A program made the position numbers and the translations under genes. DNA of 64,000 nucleotides, from NCBI GenBank assembly GCA_964610305.1, contig CAZSVL010000005.1, forward strand, positions 14,815 to 78,814, given 5' to 3'. Shown piece after piece: positions 7,628 through 17,729 of the stretch. The notes under the pieces were generated by a model, which did not search any database, was not told the DNA's origin, and saw only the letters and a program-made list of their open reading frames with translations. The stretch is from an uncultured Gammaproteobacteria bacterium (GTDB lineage: Bacteria; Patescibacteriota; Patescibacteriia; Magasanikbacterales; JBBTXJ01). Position 1 is the first letter of the stretch; each line of letters begins with the position of its first letter.

Positions 7628-9562
7628 TCATTTTTTCCAGACCTGTTTGGTCTTGATATACCACTTTTCAATGGTGTTAAAACGATCAGACGGTGTCAGA
7701 ATTCTAGACACCTCTGCCCCCTTAACATTAGAAGAGCCGGCGTAGGTGTACGTTGGAGCGTACAAAAAGACGGCTGGGTATTGTTTTTGCAAAATTTCTT
7801 GAAAGGCTACATATTTAAGGCCGCGCACCGTATCGTCCGTGCTTTCTCTGGCTTGCTCTAGCAGACCATCGGCCGCGCGATTCACAAAGTTAGCCAAGTT
7901 AAGCCCAGGGTAATCTGTTTGAGAAGAGTGCCAGAAAGGAAACGGATCTGGGTCTGCGCCAATAATTTCTCCATAAAGCAGAACATCATATTGTCTTGGA
8001 CGCAAAACTTCTGCATTTACATCTCTTGGGTTTGCGGTGTGTATGCTTACTTGCACGCCCAACTCTTGCCACATGGTAGCCACTTCTTTTGCCACGGCAG
8101 CAAGTTCCTGATCATTTACGGTAGTTATGGTGATTTGCAGTGGCTCGCTATTTTTAGCGCGATAAATGGCCTGCGTCTCTGACATTTCTGAATCTATAAG
8201 TTGCTGAATTTGCTCAGCAAATGGGTCTTCCGGTTCCTGCTCTGGATTCTCTTCTCTAGTTTCTTCTGACTGCTCTTCTGTCTCTTCTGCCGCAGCAATA
8301 TCTTCTAACTCAGCTCTTATTTGTTTATCACGAAGCTCAGCATACTCTTGCGGAGAAATTTCTTTCCAGCCAGCTGCAGAGATAAGCTCTAGAGCCTTGT
8401 CATAATCTGAGCCGTTCTCATGAAAACGCTCTTCATATCCCAGAAAACCTTCTAAAATAGGGGAGTTAATTATAGCCCCTTGTCCGTCCAAAACGTCTGT
8501 TAAAATTTTCTTTTTATCTACAATAAGATCCAGTGCTTGTCTAAGGCGAACATCTGCAAGTGCCTTATGCTGTTTTGAGTTGAAAAACAGAGCGGTGTAT
8601 TGCGGTAGCTGCAGTTCTCGCAGCGCAATGTGTTTTCTCTCCAAGTCTGATTTAAATTTTTTGGGAACAAAATGCAGCCCTTCTACACGTTTGCTTCGCA
8701 AGTCTTGTACCGCAAGATCATACGTGGGATAAAAACTAAATTGAATACCGTCTAAATACGGCGCGCCGCGGTGAAATTTATCAAATCGTTCTAGGGCTAA
8801 ATGCTGCACAAGGCCAGCGTCTGTTCTGACCAGCTCAGTAAACATAAAGGGGCCGTTTCCAATAGGCTTGCTATTATAAGGAGAAAGACGCGCGTTTCGC
8901 GGTTCAATATTTGCCCAAATATGTTGCGGCACTATGCCGGCGGTTAAGCTGCCTAAAAACGGCGCAAATGGTTTTTCTAAAACAAATTGCACGGTGTTAT
9001 CTGTTGGTGCGGAAACCGTGACGCCCTGAAAACTCACACGCAGCGGGCTGGCGTAGGTTGGGTCTTGAATGCTTTGAAAAGTAAAGACTACGTCTTGGGC
9101 AGAAAGCGGCTCGCCGTCATGCCAAAAAAGGTTCTCTGCAATGGTAAACGTATACGTAGTTTTATCCGCAGAGACTTCATAACTGCTGGCAATGTCAGTG
9201 GCTAGGTTTCCTGCCTCATCGTATCGCAAAAGTCCTGAGAAAAGCAGACGCGCAATATCGGTATCAACTTCATTTGCGGCCGCGTAGAGCGGGTTTATAA
9301 ACTGCGGCGCTCCCACCACTGCCTCTCTATAGAGGCCTCCTTGCTTGGGCATTTTTTCAAAAAATCTTGTGCTGGCGCTAAAACCAAGGCCAACTATGCC
9401 TATTATAAGAACGGCAATAGTGCCCTGCAGCGCCCTTTTTTCTTTTACCGAAAGAAAACGTCCCACATACCGCAACTGAGAGAGCGACGGCCATTTTTTG
9501 GGAGTTTTAAGATGTTTTATTGTTTTTTGTAATCTAGCAAGGAAGTGACTAGTCCACTTCAT
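7628..9562 (-). CDS. ABC transporter substrate-binding protein, family 5 (OppA/DppA-like peptide/nickel binding)
   Basis: N-terminal TM/signal anchor. SBP_bac_5-like segment FWHDGEPLSAQDVVFTF. Contains an acidic low-complexity insert (EETEEQSEETREENPEQEPEDP). Confidence 0.7.
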   Translation of the reverse strand: MKWTSHFLARLQKTIKHLKTPKKWPSLSQLRYVGRFLSVKEKRALQGTIAVLIIGIVGLGFSASTRFFEKMPKQGGLYREAVVGAPQFINPLYAAANEVDTDIARLLFSGLLRYDEAGNLATDIASSYEVSADKTTYTFTIAENLFWHDGEPLSAQDVVFTFQSIQDPTYASPLRVSFQGVTVSAPTDNTVQFVLEKPFAPFLGSLTAGIVPQHIWANIEPRNARLSPYNSKPIGNGPFMFTELVRTDAGLVQHLALERFDKFHRGAPYLDGIQFSFYPTYDLAVQDLRSKRVEGLHFVPKKFKSDLERKHIALRELQLPQYTALFFNSKQHKALADVRLRQALDLIVDKKKILTDVLDGQGAIINSPILEGFLGYEERFHENGSDYDKALELISAAGWKEISPQEYAELRDKQIRAELEDIAAAEETEEQSEETREENPEQEPEDPFAEQIQQLIDSEMSETQAIYRAKNSEPLQITITTVNDQELAAVAKEVATMWQELGVQVSIHTANPRDVNAEVLRPRQYDVLLYGEIIGADPDPFPFWHSSQTDYPGLNLANFVNRAADGLLEQARESTDDTVRGLKYVAFQEILQKQYPAVFLYAPTYTYAGSSNVKGAEVSRILTPSDRFNTIEKWYIKTKQVWKK

Positions 9563-9592
9563 ATAGTTGCGGATTTTATGAAATCCGCTGAT

Positions 9593-9811
9593 TTAAACAA
9601 AGAGATTTGCCAGTGCCGTGGCAAAGAAAAGCAAGGAAAGAAGAATAGTAGCACGGTAGAGCATTTTGTCAACACCGCGCTTAGTTGAGTATACATTTGA
9701 AGATCCTCCAAACACACCAGAGAGGCCGGTGCCCTTCTGCTGTAATAAAATGACCGCAATAAGCGCAATGCTTACAACCACCTGTAGTCCTGTTAGAAAA
9801 GTTTGTGTCAT
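9593..9811 (-). CDS. secG: preprotein translocase subunit SecG
   Basis: 72 aa with two TM segments and the LLQQKGTGLSGVFGGSS signature typical of SecG. Confidence 0.75.
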   Translation of the reverse strand: MTQTFLTGLQVVVSIALIAVILLQQKGTGLSGVFGGSSNVYSTKRGVDKMLYRATILLSLLFFATALANLFV

Positions 9812-9899
9812 GAAGTATTCTAGTTCTTAGGAGAGTATAGCATGGTAGCGTGTTTGGGTCAAGGGTGTGGGGGTAGCGTTTAGGGTGTAGCCTCTTAGC

Positions 9900-9986
9900 G
9901 TCATCCGCAGCTTGATTCAGGATCCAGGTAGGAATATAAGACGTACTCTATTTCTGCCCTAGATTCTGAATCAAGTTCAGAATGAC
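9900..9986. mobile_element. miniature gene-less derivative of the GIY-YIG inverted-repeat element (two repeats about 37 bp apart)
   Basis: GTCATCCGCAGCTTGATTCAGGATC (9900-9924) and GATTCTGAATCAAGTTCAGAATGAC (9962-9986). The internal GGAATATAAGACGTACTC resembles the GGATATAAGTCTCTCC that follows the repeats in the gene-carrying copies. Confidence 0.5.
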
Positions 9987-10050
9987 AAGCTGGACTACAC
10001 ACACCCTATACCCTAACCGCTACACGCTGAGGATATGCTATAATAGGTGC

Positions 10051-10812
10051 ATGTCATTTTCGGCAACCGATGGAGCCAAAAAACCGTTTTGGAAAAAGCC
10101 GTGGGGAATAGTACTCTTGGTGGTAGCAGGCATTTTTTTGATAATGCTTATTCTTTTTTCTTTGCTCACACTCTCCTTTTATAACCGGCTTTTGGCAGGA
10201 GAAGATTTATCTGAATATGCAGGAAGGAGCAGCTTTACGCAATCAGAAGCGTACGACAGAGCAGTGGAGTCAGAAGTTGCTCTTGCAGAGGTGGGCAGCA
10301 CGGATGATCCAAGTCTTGGCAATGAAAGCGCGCCCATAGAGATAGTAGAGTTTTTAGATTTTGAATGTCCTTTTTGCGCGGCGGAGTTTCCTATAATAAG
10401 AGAGATAGCCACCAAAAATCCAGAGCTCATAAGATATGTTGTAAGAGATTTTCCGCTAGAAGATCAGCATCCCGGAGCCACGCTTGCATCTGAGGCAAGC
10501 GAGTGCGCACATGAGCAAAATAGGTATTGGGCATATCATGATAAACTTTTTCAAAATCAACAGCCTTTCAGCAGAGAGGTGCTCATAGATTTAGCAGGGC
10601 AGGTGGGATTGATGGTAGATGATTTTACGCAGTGCTTGGATGAAGAGCGATATAAAACAGAGGTAATGGAAGATTTGCAGGCCGGAATAGATGCAGGCGT
10701 AGTGGGAACACCAACATTTTTTGTAAACGGATTTAAATTGCAGGGAGTAATTCCAACGGAGGCATGGGAAGAAATAGTACAACTAGCCGCTTCATTGCAG
10801 GTTTCATTGTAG
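10051..10812 (+). CDS. DsbA-like thiol:disulfide oxidoreductase, membrane-anchored
   Basis: CPFC active site (EFLDFECPFCAAEFP) and thioredoxin fold. N-terminal TM segment. Start set at ATG 10051 because the track start at 9982 lies inside the repeat element. Confidence 0.7.
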   Translation: MSFSATDGAKKPFWKKPWGIVLLVVAGIFLIMLILFSLLTLSFYNRLLAGEDLSEYAGRSSFTQSEAYDRAVESEVALAEVGSTDDPSLGNESAPIEIVEFLDFECPFCAAEFPIIREIATKNPELIRYVVRDFPLEDQHPGATLASEASECAHEQNRYWAYHDKLFQNQQPFSREVLIDLAGQVGLMVDDFTQCLDEERYKTEVMEDLQAGIDAGVVGTPTFFVNGFKLQGVIPTEAWEEIVQLAASLQVSL

Positions 10813-12896
10813 GCGCACTCTTTTTTGGGTGGGGGTTTTTTGTATTAGATGCAATGCCCACGCAAGCGGTGGGAGTAGGGGCGCATACGCTTAAAGACAT
10901 CTACAACGCCGGAAAAGGAAAAAAGCCAGAGAAAAAAGGTCCCATTTGTACTGGCGCAAATGCCGGCACACCTATGTGTACTCCTCAGTGTTGGAAAAAA
11001 GAGGACTGTAATGCAGTAAAGGGAGCAACAGGCGCAGACAGCATTTGGGAGGGTAATAAGACTACAGAGGTAATCTGCGGCCCAAAGGAGGATGGCTGGG
11101 GATTTTGTTATCCTGCGCCGGCAGATATCGCTCTTCAGGTTCCCATTGGCAGTTTGACTACGGCAAGCAATGCGGTTCAGTACGTAAAAGCTGCATACGT
11201 CTTTCTTTTGGGTATAGCAGGATTGGTTGCGGTAATAGTATTTATGCACGCCGGATTTTTGTGGCTGACTGCTGGCGGCAATGCGGCAAATATAAGCAGA
11301 GCAAAAGAATATATCCAAAACGCCAGCCTGGGAATGCTGCTGGTTTTTGGTAGCTACACCTTTTTATCAGTTATTAATCCAGATTTAGTAAATCTTAAAG
11401 TACCACGCGCGTATTTGTTTAGAAACCAAGCCTTGGATCTTCAAACGGCAAAAAATATGGAAGGGCAGTTTTGCGATACACAGAACGATGCGCTGGCATG
11501 CAAAGCAAGTTGTCAGGGTTGCGCGTGTGTGGGAATTAGAGAGAGCGGCATGAGTGTGCTTGGAAAATATGTTGCATGGGGAAGTACCGCCCTGGCAAGT
11601 GCTGGTTTGCTTGGTGGTAGCGGGATTTCTGCTTTGGCGCGCGGTGGTTGGTGGATAACTAAGAAGATAGGCAGCTTTTTTAAACACACGCACAGAGTAG
11701 TAGGTGCAACACTGGGCCCAAAGGCAAATGTTTTGTTATTTTTGGGAGAGCTGGCGGCATTAAATAGTGGAAAAGAAGCTTTTGAAGAATGGCTGGGAGG
11801 GAATCATGGCTTGCCTTTTGGAGGTGACAGGTTGGGGTTGTGCATAGCGGATAAAAATAAAAATATACCCATTGGTGGTAAATGTGTAGATGTAATTAAT
11901 TGTAAGGCAGGAGGTGGCAGCAAAGAGCTCAAATGTTTTCAAACAGATTGGATACCAAATGTAGGCGGTTTTGGATTTAAGATAGGTATTTGCTCTGATG
12001 GATCAGAAGGTTCTGCATGCGCAAATAATAATGATTGTGATACGCCCCTTATGTCTTGTGTGGATGGTCCAGATAACAGCAAATGGTGCTCAAAAGGAAC
12101 TAGTAGAAGTCAGGGAAGTCCATGCAATACAAACAATTGCCAAGACGATGCGTGTAGAAGATCGGCGCAGTGTGCGTCTGGATTGAGGTGTGCAATTGTA
12201 GAGGAGAACTGGTCTTCTTCTCTTCCTTTTGCTGATACTAACGGACACGGCTGGTGTGTTGATGGTTCCGGACCTACCGGTGCCGGAGGTTTGGCGGCGT
12301 GCACAGCAGATGGGGATTGCGACAAAACGGCAGGTGGACAACAGTTAAAATGTCTTGATGGGACTCTTGGTGGTGCACAGGGCAGTAAATCAAAAATCTG
12401 CACTTCTTTATGTGATAGTGATAAAAAATGTCAGGATATATGTCCGGAAGGAAAGACCTGTGTCTGTAGAGAAAATTCTGAGAAACGAAAAGTTTGTATG
12501 GCTCCATCAGCAAAGGTCGGGCAAGGAGAGCAGTGTGATACTAATGCATGTGAGGGCGATCTAAAGTGTACAAAATATAAAACTGATCTTGGGCGCGTAT
12601 GTACTAAAGGCGGATTAAATGATGTATGTACCATACAGAAAGAGTGTGGAGAAGGGTTATTGTGCGGCTTTAAGAGTGCTGAACAGACTGTCTGTATGGT
12701 AAAGGCGCCATTGCTGGTTCCATGTGAAAGTACCGATGAGTGCGTAGCTGTATACGGGGCAGAGTCACCTGCATTTTGTACGGAAGGAAGGATTGGACAG
12801 GTGAAAGTTTGCACACTCGGTTCCATAGGTGCGGTTTGCGCGTCTGACAATGATTGTAATGAAGGATCCTGTAAATACAATAAATGCAGCGAGTAG
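10764..12896 (+). CDS. large secreted/membrane cysteine-rich protein with a TrbC/VirB2-like pilin hairpin
   Basis: Signal or TM segment at the N-terminus. Two-TM hairpin [67 protein letters not shown] resembles T4SS pilin-like proteins. About 450 aa of Cys-rich repeats follow (C-x-DC-x-C periodicity). Exact start uncertain. Confidence 0.5.
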   Translation: MGRNSTTSRFIAGFIVGALFFGWGFFVLDAMPTQAVGVGAHTLKDIYNAGKGKKPEKKGPICTGANAGTPMCTPQCWKKEDCNAVKGATGADSIWEGNKTTEVICGPKEDGWGFCYPAPADIALQVPIGSLTTASNAVQYVKAAYVFLLGIAGLVAVIVFMHAGFLWLTAGGNAANISRAKEYIQNASLGMLLVFGSYTFLSVINPDLVNLKVPRAYLFRNQALDLQTAKNMEGQFCDTQNDALACKASCQGCACVGIRESGMSVLGKYVAWGSTALASAGLLGGSGISALARGGWWITKKIGSFFKHTHRVVGATLGPKANVLLFLGELAALNSGKEAFEEWLGGNHGLPFGGDRLGLCIADKNKNIPIGGKCVDVINCKAGGGSKELKCFQTDWIPNVGGFGFKIGICSDGSEGSACANNNDCDTPLMSCVDGPDNSKWCSKGTSRSQGSPCNTNNCQDDACRRSAQCASGLRCAIVEENWSSSLPFADTNGHGWCVDGSGPTGAGGLAACTADGDCDKTAGGQQLKCLDGTLGGAQGSKSKICTSLCDSDKKCQDICPEGKTCVCRENSEKRKVCMAPSAKVGQGEQCDTNACEGDLKCTKYKTDLGRVCTKGGLNDVCTIQKECGEGLLCGFKSAEQTVCMVKAPLLVPCESTDECVAVYGAESPAFCTEGRIGQVKVCTLGSIGAVCASDNDCNEGSCKYNKCSE

Positions 12897-12941
12897 CCCA
12901 TACACTTGCAGCGTTTGAGAAACTGTGGTATGCTAACGCGC

Positions 12942-15785
12942 ATGCCAACGGTAAAATCTTCTTCAAAGCAGCCTTTTGATAAAATTTCTATAGTTGGAGC
13001 GCGTGAGCATAACCTCAAAAACGTCTCCATAGAGCTGCCAAAAAACAAGCTTGTAGTGATTACTGGCCTTTCTGGTTCCGGTAAATCTTCTCTTGCTTTT
13101 GATACCATTTATGCAGAGGGTCAGCGCAGATACGCTGAGTCTCTTTCTTCTTATGCGCGGCAATATATGGAGCTGCGAGACAAGCCAGATGTAGATGAGA
13201 TTACCGGCCTCTCCCCAACGGTGGCCATAGACCAGCGCGCCATGAGCAACAACCCGCGCTCTACGGTGGGAACCACCACAGAAGTATATGATTTGCTCCG
13301 TTTACTTTTTTCTAGAATTGGGCAACAGCATTGTCCGTATTGTGATGAGCCGGTAAAAGCGCACAGCGCAGGGCAAATAGTAGAAGAGATCAGAAAAATG
13401 GCCAGAACAGAGGCAGATATTTATCTTTTGGCGCCTCTTTTTGAAGATGTAAAAATGAAACCAAAAGAGTTGCTTCAGCGGCTAGAGAGAACTGGCTATG
13501 ATACCGTCCGTGCCAACGGCCTGCTTATGCCACTGAAAAATTTTGCAAAACACGCAAAGGCAGATACACCTTATACGGTGGAGTTGGTTATCCGCCACAT
13601 TACAGATATAAAAAGACAAAAACTCATGCAGCCGGTAGAGCAGGCGCTAGAATATGGAAACGGAAGGCTGCTAGTTTTAGATGAAGATACGGGAGATGAG
13701 CATGTGTTCTCAACCCTAGCGCGCTGCGGATCATGCGCCAGATCTTTTGATCCGGTTGAGCCCCGCAGTTTTTCATTTAACAGCCCTTATGGCGCTTGTC
13801 CGCGATGTACGGGACTAGGCATCACCCTAGAGGTTGATCCAGAATTGGCTATTCCCAACCCAAGGCTTACGCTGGCAGAAGGAGCCATTCAACCATGGAC
13901 AAGAATTACCGGCAGCAATGATAAATATCATAAACTACTAGAGGCCGTAGCGCGGGACGAGGGATTCTCTGTTCACACGCCAATACAAGACATGCGTCAG
14001 CGCGCTCTGGATTTGGTTATGTACGGAACAGACGGACGCATGCATGATGTAGAAGGAAAACAAACCGTATATGAAGGAGTAATACCAAACTTAACGCAGC
14101 GCCACGCCAGCACGGATTCTGATTATGTGAGAAAAGAAATAGAGCAGTACATGAGAGAAAAGCAGTGCCAGACGTGTAATGGGCAGCGATTAAAACAAGA
14201 AGCGCTCAGCGTTAAAGTGTGGGATTATTCTATTGCAGACATTGTGCAAATGAGCATAAATGAAGTAGTGGTATTTTTTGAGCAAAAACAAAAAAAGACT
14301 GGGCTAGAGAGCAAATTTGAAGAGATTGCTCAGCCTATTTTTAAAGAAGTGCTGACAAGAACGCGGGATCTGGCGCAAGTGGGACTAGGCTATATTCAAA
14401 TGGACAGATCCGTTGCTACGCTCTCTGGCGGAGAAGCGCAGCGCGTGCGGCTTTCTACGCAACTATCTACTGGATTAACCGGCGTTATCTATATTTTAGA
14501 TGAGCCAAGTATTGGTCTTCATCCAACGGATAATCTTAAATTAATAGATACGCTCAAGCAACTGCGGGATCTGGGTAACACGGTTATTGTGGTAGAGCAT
14601 GATCAGGAAATGATGGAGCATGCGGAGTATTTAGTAGATGTGGGGCCGGGCGCCGGAAAACATGGCGGAGAAATTATTGCGCAGGGAACCGTGGAGCAGG
14701 TTAAAAAGTTAGAAACGTCTACGGCTAGACATTTGGCTGGAAAAGATAAAATTGAGGTTCCAAAAAAATATAGGAAGACTAACAAGAAAAAAGTTATTAC
14801 GATTGAAGGCGCAACCGAAAATAATCTTCGCAACATTACGGTTGATATTCCGCTTGGTACGCTGTGCTGCATTACCGGAGTATCAGGTTCTGGAAAATCT
14901 ACCTTGGTTATAGATATTTTGGGCAAAGCGCTCTCAAAGCATTTTCACAGAGCAAAAGCAGAGCCCGGAGCTCATAAAAAATTAAAGGGTCTAAAAAATG
15001 TAGATAAAGTTATCGCCATAGACCAAAGCCCTATTGGAAGAACGCCACGATCCAACCCTGCAACATACACGGGCGTATTTACGGCTATCCGCGATGTGTT
15101 TACCAATGTGCCAGAGGCTAGAGCGCGCGGTTATGATGCCGGAAAGTTTTCTTTCAATGTAAAAGGTGGCGGACGTTGTGAGGCCTGCGCTGGAGAAGGA
15201 TATGTGCGAATCCCGATGCAATTTTTGTCTGATGTTTTTGTGGAATGTGAGGCGTGCGAGGGAAAACGCTATAACAAAGAAGCTTTGGATATTCACTACA
15301 GAAACAAGACTATTGCGGATGTTTTGAACATGACGGTAGAAGAGGCGCGTAATTTTTTTTCTGACACGCCAGCTATTGTAGACAAGTTGAAACTATTAGA
15401 GGATGTTGGTTTGGGGTATGTGCAACTTGGCCAGCCTGCAACCACGCTCTCTGGAGGAGAGGCGCAGCGTGTAAAATTAGCAACAGAGCTTTCCAGAAGA
15501 GCAACCGGAAAAACACTTTATATTTTGGACGAGCCAACAACCGGACTCCACTTTGATGATATAAAAAGATTACTCCACGTGCTTAACGCACTGGTAGATA
15601 AAGGAAACACGGTGCTCATAATTGAACACAACCTAGACGTAATAAAAGGAGCAGACTGGGTCATAGACATGGGTCCAGAGGGTGGAAGAAAAGGCGGAGA
15701 AGTAGTGGCGCAAGGAACACCAAAGGACGTAATAAAAATAAAAGAAAGCGTAACCGGATCATTTCTAAAACCACTACTAAAATAA
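12942..15785 (+). CDS. uvrA: excinuclease ABC subunit A
   Basis: GAREHNLKN, two ABC modules ([28 protein letters not shown] and [11 protein letters not shown]), two LSGGEAQR signatures, and zinc-finger CxxC pairs. Track start at 12906; ATG 12942 preferred. Confidence 0.9.
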   Translation: MPTVKSSSKQPFDKISIVGAREHNLKNVSIELPKNKLVVITGLSGSGKSSLAFDTIYAEGQRRYAESLSSYARQYMELRDKPDVDEITGLSPTVAIDQRAMSNNPRSTVGTTTEVYDLLRLLFSRIGQQHCPYCDEPVKAHSAGQIVEEIRKMARTEADIYLLAPLFEDVKMKPKELLQRLERTGYDTVRANGLLMPLKNFAKHAKADTPYTVELVIRHITDIKRQKLMQPVEQALEYGNGRLLVLDEDTGDEHVFSTLARCGSCARSFDPVEPRSFSFNSPYGACPRCTGLGITLEVDPELAIPNPRLTLAEGAIQPWTRITGSNDKYHKLLEAVARDEGFSVHTPIQDMRQRALDLVMYGTDGRMHDVEGKQTVYEGVIPNLTQRHASTDSDYVRKEIEQYMREKQCQTCNGQRLKQEALSVKVWDYSIADIVQMSINEVVVFFEQKQKKTGLESKFEEIAQPIFKEVLTRTRDLAQVGLGYIQMDRSVATLSGGEAQRVRLSTQLSTGLTGVIYILDEPSIGLHPTDNLKLIDTLKQLRDLGNTVIVVEHDQEMMEHAEYLVDVGPGAGKHGGEIIAQGTVEQVKKLETSTARHLAGKDKIEVPKKYRKTNKKKVITIEGATENNLRNITVDIPLGTLCCITGVSGSGKSTLVIDILGKALSKHFHRAKAEPGAHKKLKGLKNVDKVIAIDQSPIGRTPRSNPATYTGVFTAIRDVFTNVPEARARGYDAGKFSFNVKGGGRCEACAGEGYVRIPMQFLSDVFVECEACEGKRYNKEALDIHYRNKTIADVLNMTVEEARNFFSDTPAIVDKLKLLEDVGLGYVQLGQPATTLSGGEAQRVKLATELSRRATGKTLYILDEPTTGLHFDDIKRLLHVLNALVDKGNTVLIIEHNLDVIKGADWVIDMGPEGGRKGGEVVAQGTPKDVIKIKESVTGSFLKPLLK

Positions 15786-15858
15786 AAGCGGCCACGGCCG
15801 CTTTTTGGGTTGACAAGCAGGCCATCTGTGATACCCTAATTTAAACCAAGGAGGCAGC

Positions 15859-16269
15859 GTGCTAGCAAGAGGAATGAGAGAGTGGGAGATGTTAGATTGG
15901 ATTGTGTTTAGTGTCATTGGTTGTATAGTCTCTGGGTTTATTGGGTTGGCAACGGCAGATGCAGCTGCGGCTAGAGATAAAAAAGTTGCCGCATCATCGT
16001 TTGCAACAAACATGGGCGAGTTTGTTACAGCGTTTGAAAATCCTCAGGAGCCGAATGTTAGATTCAAGTCTAAAGACGAGTGCGCCAAGACAACACACGC
16101 CTGGATTACCTATGATGCGGTTTCTTGGCAGACTCCTCCTGCAGTGGCCACGGTGAAGCTTAAAAGGAAGAGCGTGGCTTTGTATCAGCGGGTGACATGC
16201 GGCTGGGTTAAATCAAAGAATGAAAATCGGCTGACAGTAACGGTTTGTGACTGCAAGCTGGCACTTTAG
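15859..16269 (+). CDS. hypothetical small membrane-anchored protein
   Basis: GTG start at 15859 with a strong SD (AAGGAGG) 4 nt upstream. One TM segment (IVFSVIGCIVSGFIGLA). No known motifs. Confidence 0.4.
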   Translation: MLARGMREWEMLDWIVFSVIGCIVSGFIGLATADAAAARDKKVAASSFATNMGEFVTAFENPQEPNVRFKSKDECAKTTHAWITYDAVSWQTPPAVATVKLKRKSVALYQRVTCGWVKSKNENRLTVTVCDCKLAL

Positions 16270-16273
16270 TTTT

Positions 16274-16301
16274 TTAGCGCGAGGAAAAGTCGCGTTTTTT
16301 G
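16274..16301 (+). terminator. intrinsic terminator (GCGCGA...TCGCG hairpin plus T-run)
   Basis: Read directly after the stop at 16269. Confidence 0.5.
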
Positions 16302-16333
16302 TTCTGTTCATTTTATTGCCATAATGGTTCCAT

Positions 16334-17251
16334 ATGAATATCTACGCAAATAAAAATTACTGGATGATCGGTGGTACATTTTTTGCTGCTTTATTTATAG
16401 CAATGCTTTTTTTGGTGCAGCCAGTATTGGGTAGGTTGCTACCAACAGGTTATATAGGTGGAGAGCTGGTTATGAGCGCTGCTGGCACAGAGGTGTATTT
16501 TGTAAACGTGGATGGATTTAGGTACGTATTTCCCAACGAAAGAGTATATTTTAGTTGGTATGAAAATTTTGAAAGAGTGCGGCATGTTTCAGGATACGAG
16601 CTTGCAAGTATTCCTTTAGGTGGTGTGGTGCGCTATAGGCCAGCAACAAGATTAATTAAAGTGCCTGATGATCCTAAAGTGTACGCGGTCAAAGGCGGCG
16701 GAAAAGTGGCTTGGATTACCACAGAAGAATTGGCGGTAGAGCTTTATGGAACAGATTGGAATCAGAAAATTGATGATATGAACCCGTCATTTTTTGTGGC
16801 TTATGAGGTTGCAGACCCTATCATGGAAGCCGATGATTTTCATACAGACTTCATCAGAGAAAGCACTCCTACGGTTAGCTCAGATATTGGCTGCGGCGAT
16901 TATGCAGAGAATTTAGAGACATGCTCTTCTTATAGATGTCATAGGCCGGCGCTTTTGCCGCTTGTTGCAACACCTTCATACAGTAACATAATGGGTATGG
17001 TTGGTGATGAGTGCAGGGTGGCCACCGGTGTAACTGAAACAGCAAATGCAATTTCGGTAATTTGTATGTACTCTGCAGATGATTTGCCTGCGATAGCTGA
17101 GCATCAGAGATTGGTAGACAACGCTACTTCAATTACCAGTAGAACCTCTGTCAAATTTGGGGACGATGGTGTGCAAACGGAAAGCATTACAACCATTGAC
17201 GGAGTGGAATATGAGACGCCGTGGGTAACCGCGTGCGTGGCATCAGAATAA
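16334..17251 (+). CDS. hypothetical secreted/membrane-anchored protein
   Basis: N-terminal TM/signal (MIGGTFFAALFIAMLFLVQPVLG). No recognisable catalytic motif. Confidence 0.45.
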   Translation: MNIYANKNYWMIGGTFFAALFIAMLFLVQPVLGRLLPTGYIGGELVMSAAGTEVYFVNVDGFRYVFPNERVYFSWYENFERVRHVSGYELASIPLGGVVRYRPATRLIKVPDDPKVYAVKGGGKVAWITTEELAVELYGTDWNQKIDDMNPSFFVAYEVADPIMEADDFHTDFIRESTPTVSSDIGCGDYAENLETCSSYRCHRPALLPLVATPSYSNIMGMVGDECRVATGVTETANAISVICMYSADDLPAIAEHQRLVDNATSITSRTSVKFGDDGVQTESITTIDGVEYETPWVTACVASE

Positions 17252-17255
17252 TATT

Positions 17256-17284
17256 AAAAAATCGCCTTAGACGGCGATTTTTTA
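17256..17284. terminator. bidirectional intrinsic terminator shared by convergent genes (A-run, ATCGCC-TTAGAC-GGCGAT, T-run)
   Basis: Perfect 6-bp stem flanked by AAAAA and TTTTTT, between the converging 16334..17251 (+) and rplS (-) genes. Confidence 0.6.
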
Positions 17285-17632
17285 TTTCTTGGTTGCAACT
17301 TTTTTCTCCTTTAAGCGTTTCTTGAATTTTGGATCGCGGATAAAACCAAGTTTTGAGCGGCGGACCTTGAGGGTTTTTACCACCTCTATGCGGTCTACCA
17401 GTGGTGAGTAGATAGGAAATATTTTTTCTACTCCCACACCGTTGCTTACCTTGCGTACCGTAATGGTGGCGCCTGGTTGTTTGCCGTGTTTTGCGGCAAT
17501 AACGGTTCCTTCAAAAACCTGCACACGCTCTTTTACTTCACCTTTTTTTCCAACATCTTTAATTTTTTGGTGAACCCGCACAATCATGCCAGATTTTATC
17601 TGTGGTTTTTCTGCGGTTGTGGTTTCTGTCAT
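17282..17632 (-). CDS. rplS: 50S ribosomal protein L19
   Basis: GMIVRVHQKIKDVGKKGEVKERVQVFEGTVIAAKHG...TITVRKVSNGVGVEKIFPIYSP matches bL19 throughout. Confidence 0.85.
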   Translation of the reverse strand: MTETTTAEKPQIKSGMIVRVHQKIKDVGKKGEVKERVQVFEGTVIAAKHGKQPGATITVRKVSNGVGVEKIFPIYSPLVDRIEVVKTLKVRRSKLGFIRDPKFKKRLKEKKVATKK

Positions 17633-17729
17633 ATGCGCATCATTGTAGCAGGCATGTAAATATATGTCAATACGTAGTGCCTCATTTACAGATGTTTGAT
17701 ATTATAGAAGCGTAAGTACGTAATGTTAT

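Noticed and set aside
7575-7630. GGATCCTACCGCC…TCCAGGATGAC palindrome plus GATGACGC-TTGC-GCGTCAT-T6 hairpin between rnj and the substrate-binding protein gene as another repeat-family member or terminator
   Set aside because: Its similarity to the GTCATCC family is limited to the ends, and the T-run orientation does not fit the flanking minus-strand genes, so it was not listed as a feature.
12431-13108. 225-aa and other minus-strand ORFs (12090-12966) overlapping the Cys-rich protein gene and the uvrA start
   Set aside because: They are antisense to a Cys-codon-rich gene, where long spurious opposite-strand frames are expected. They have no SD and no motifs.
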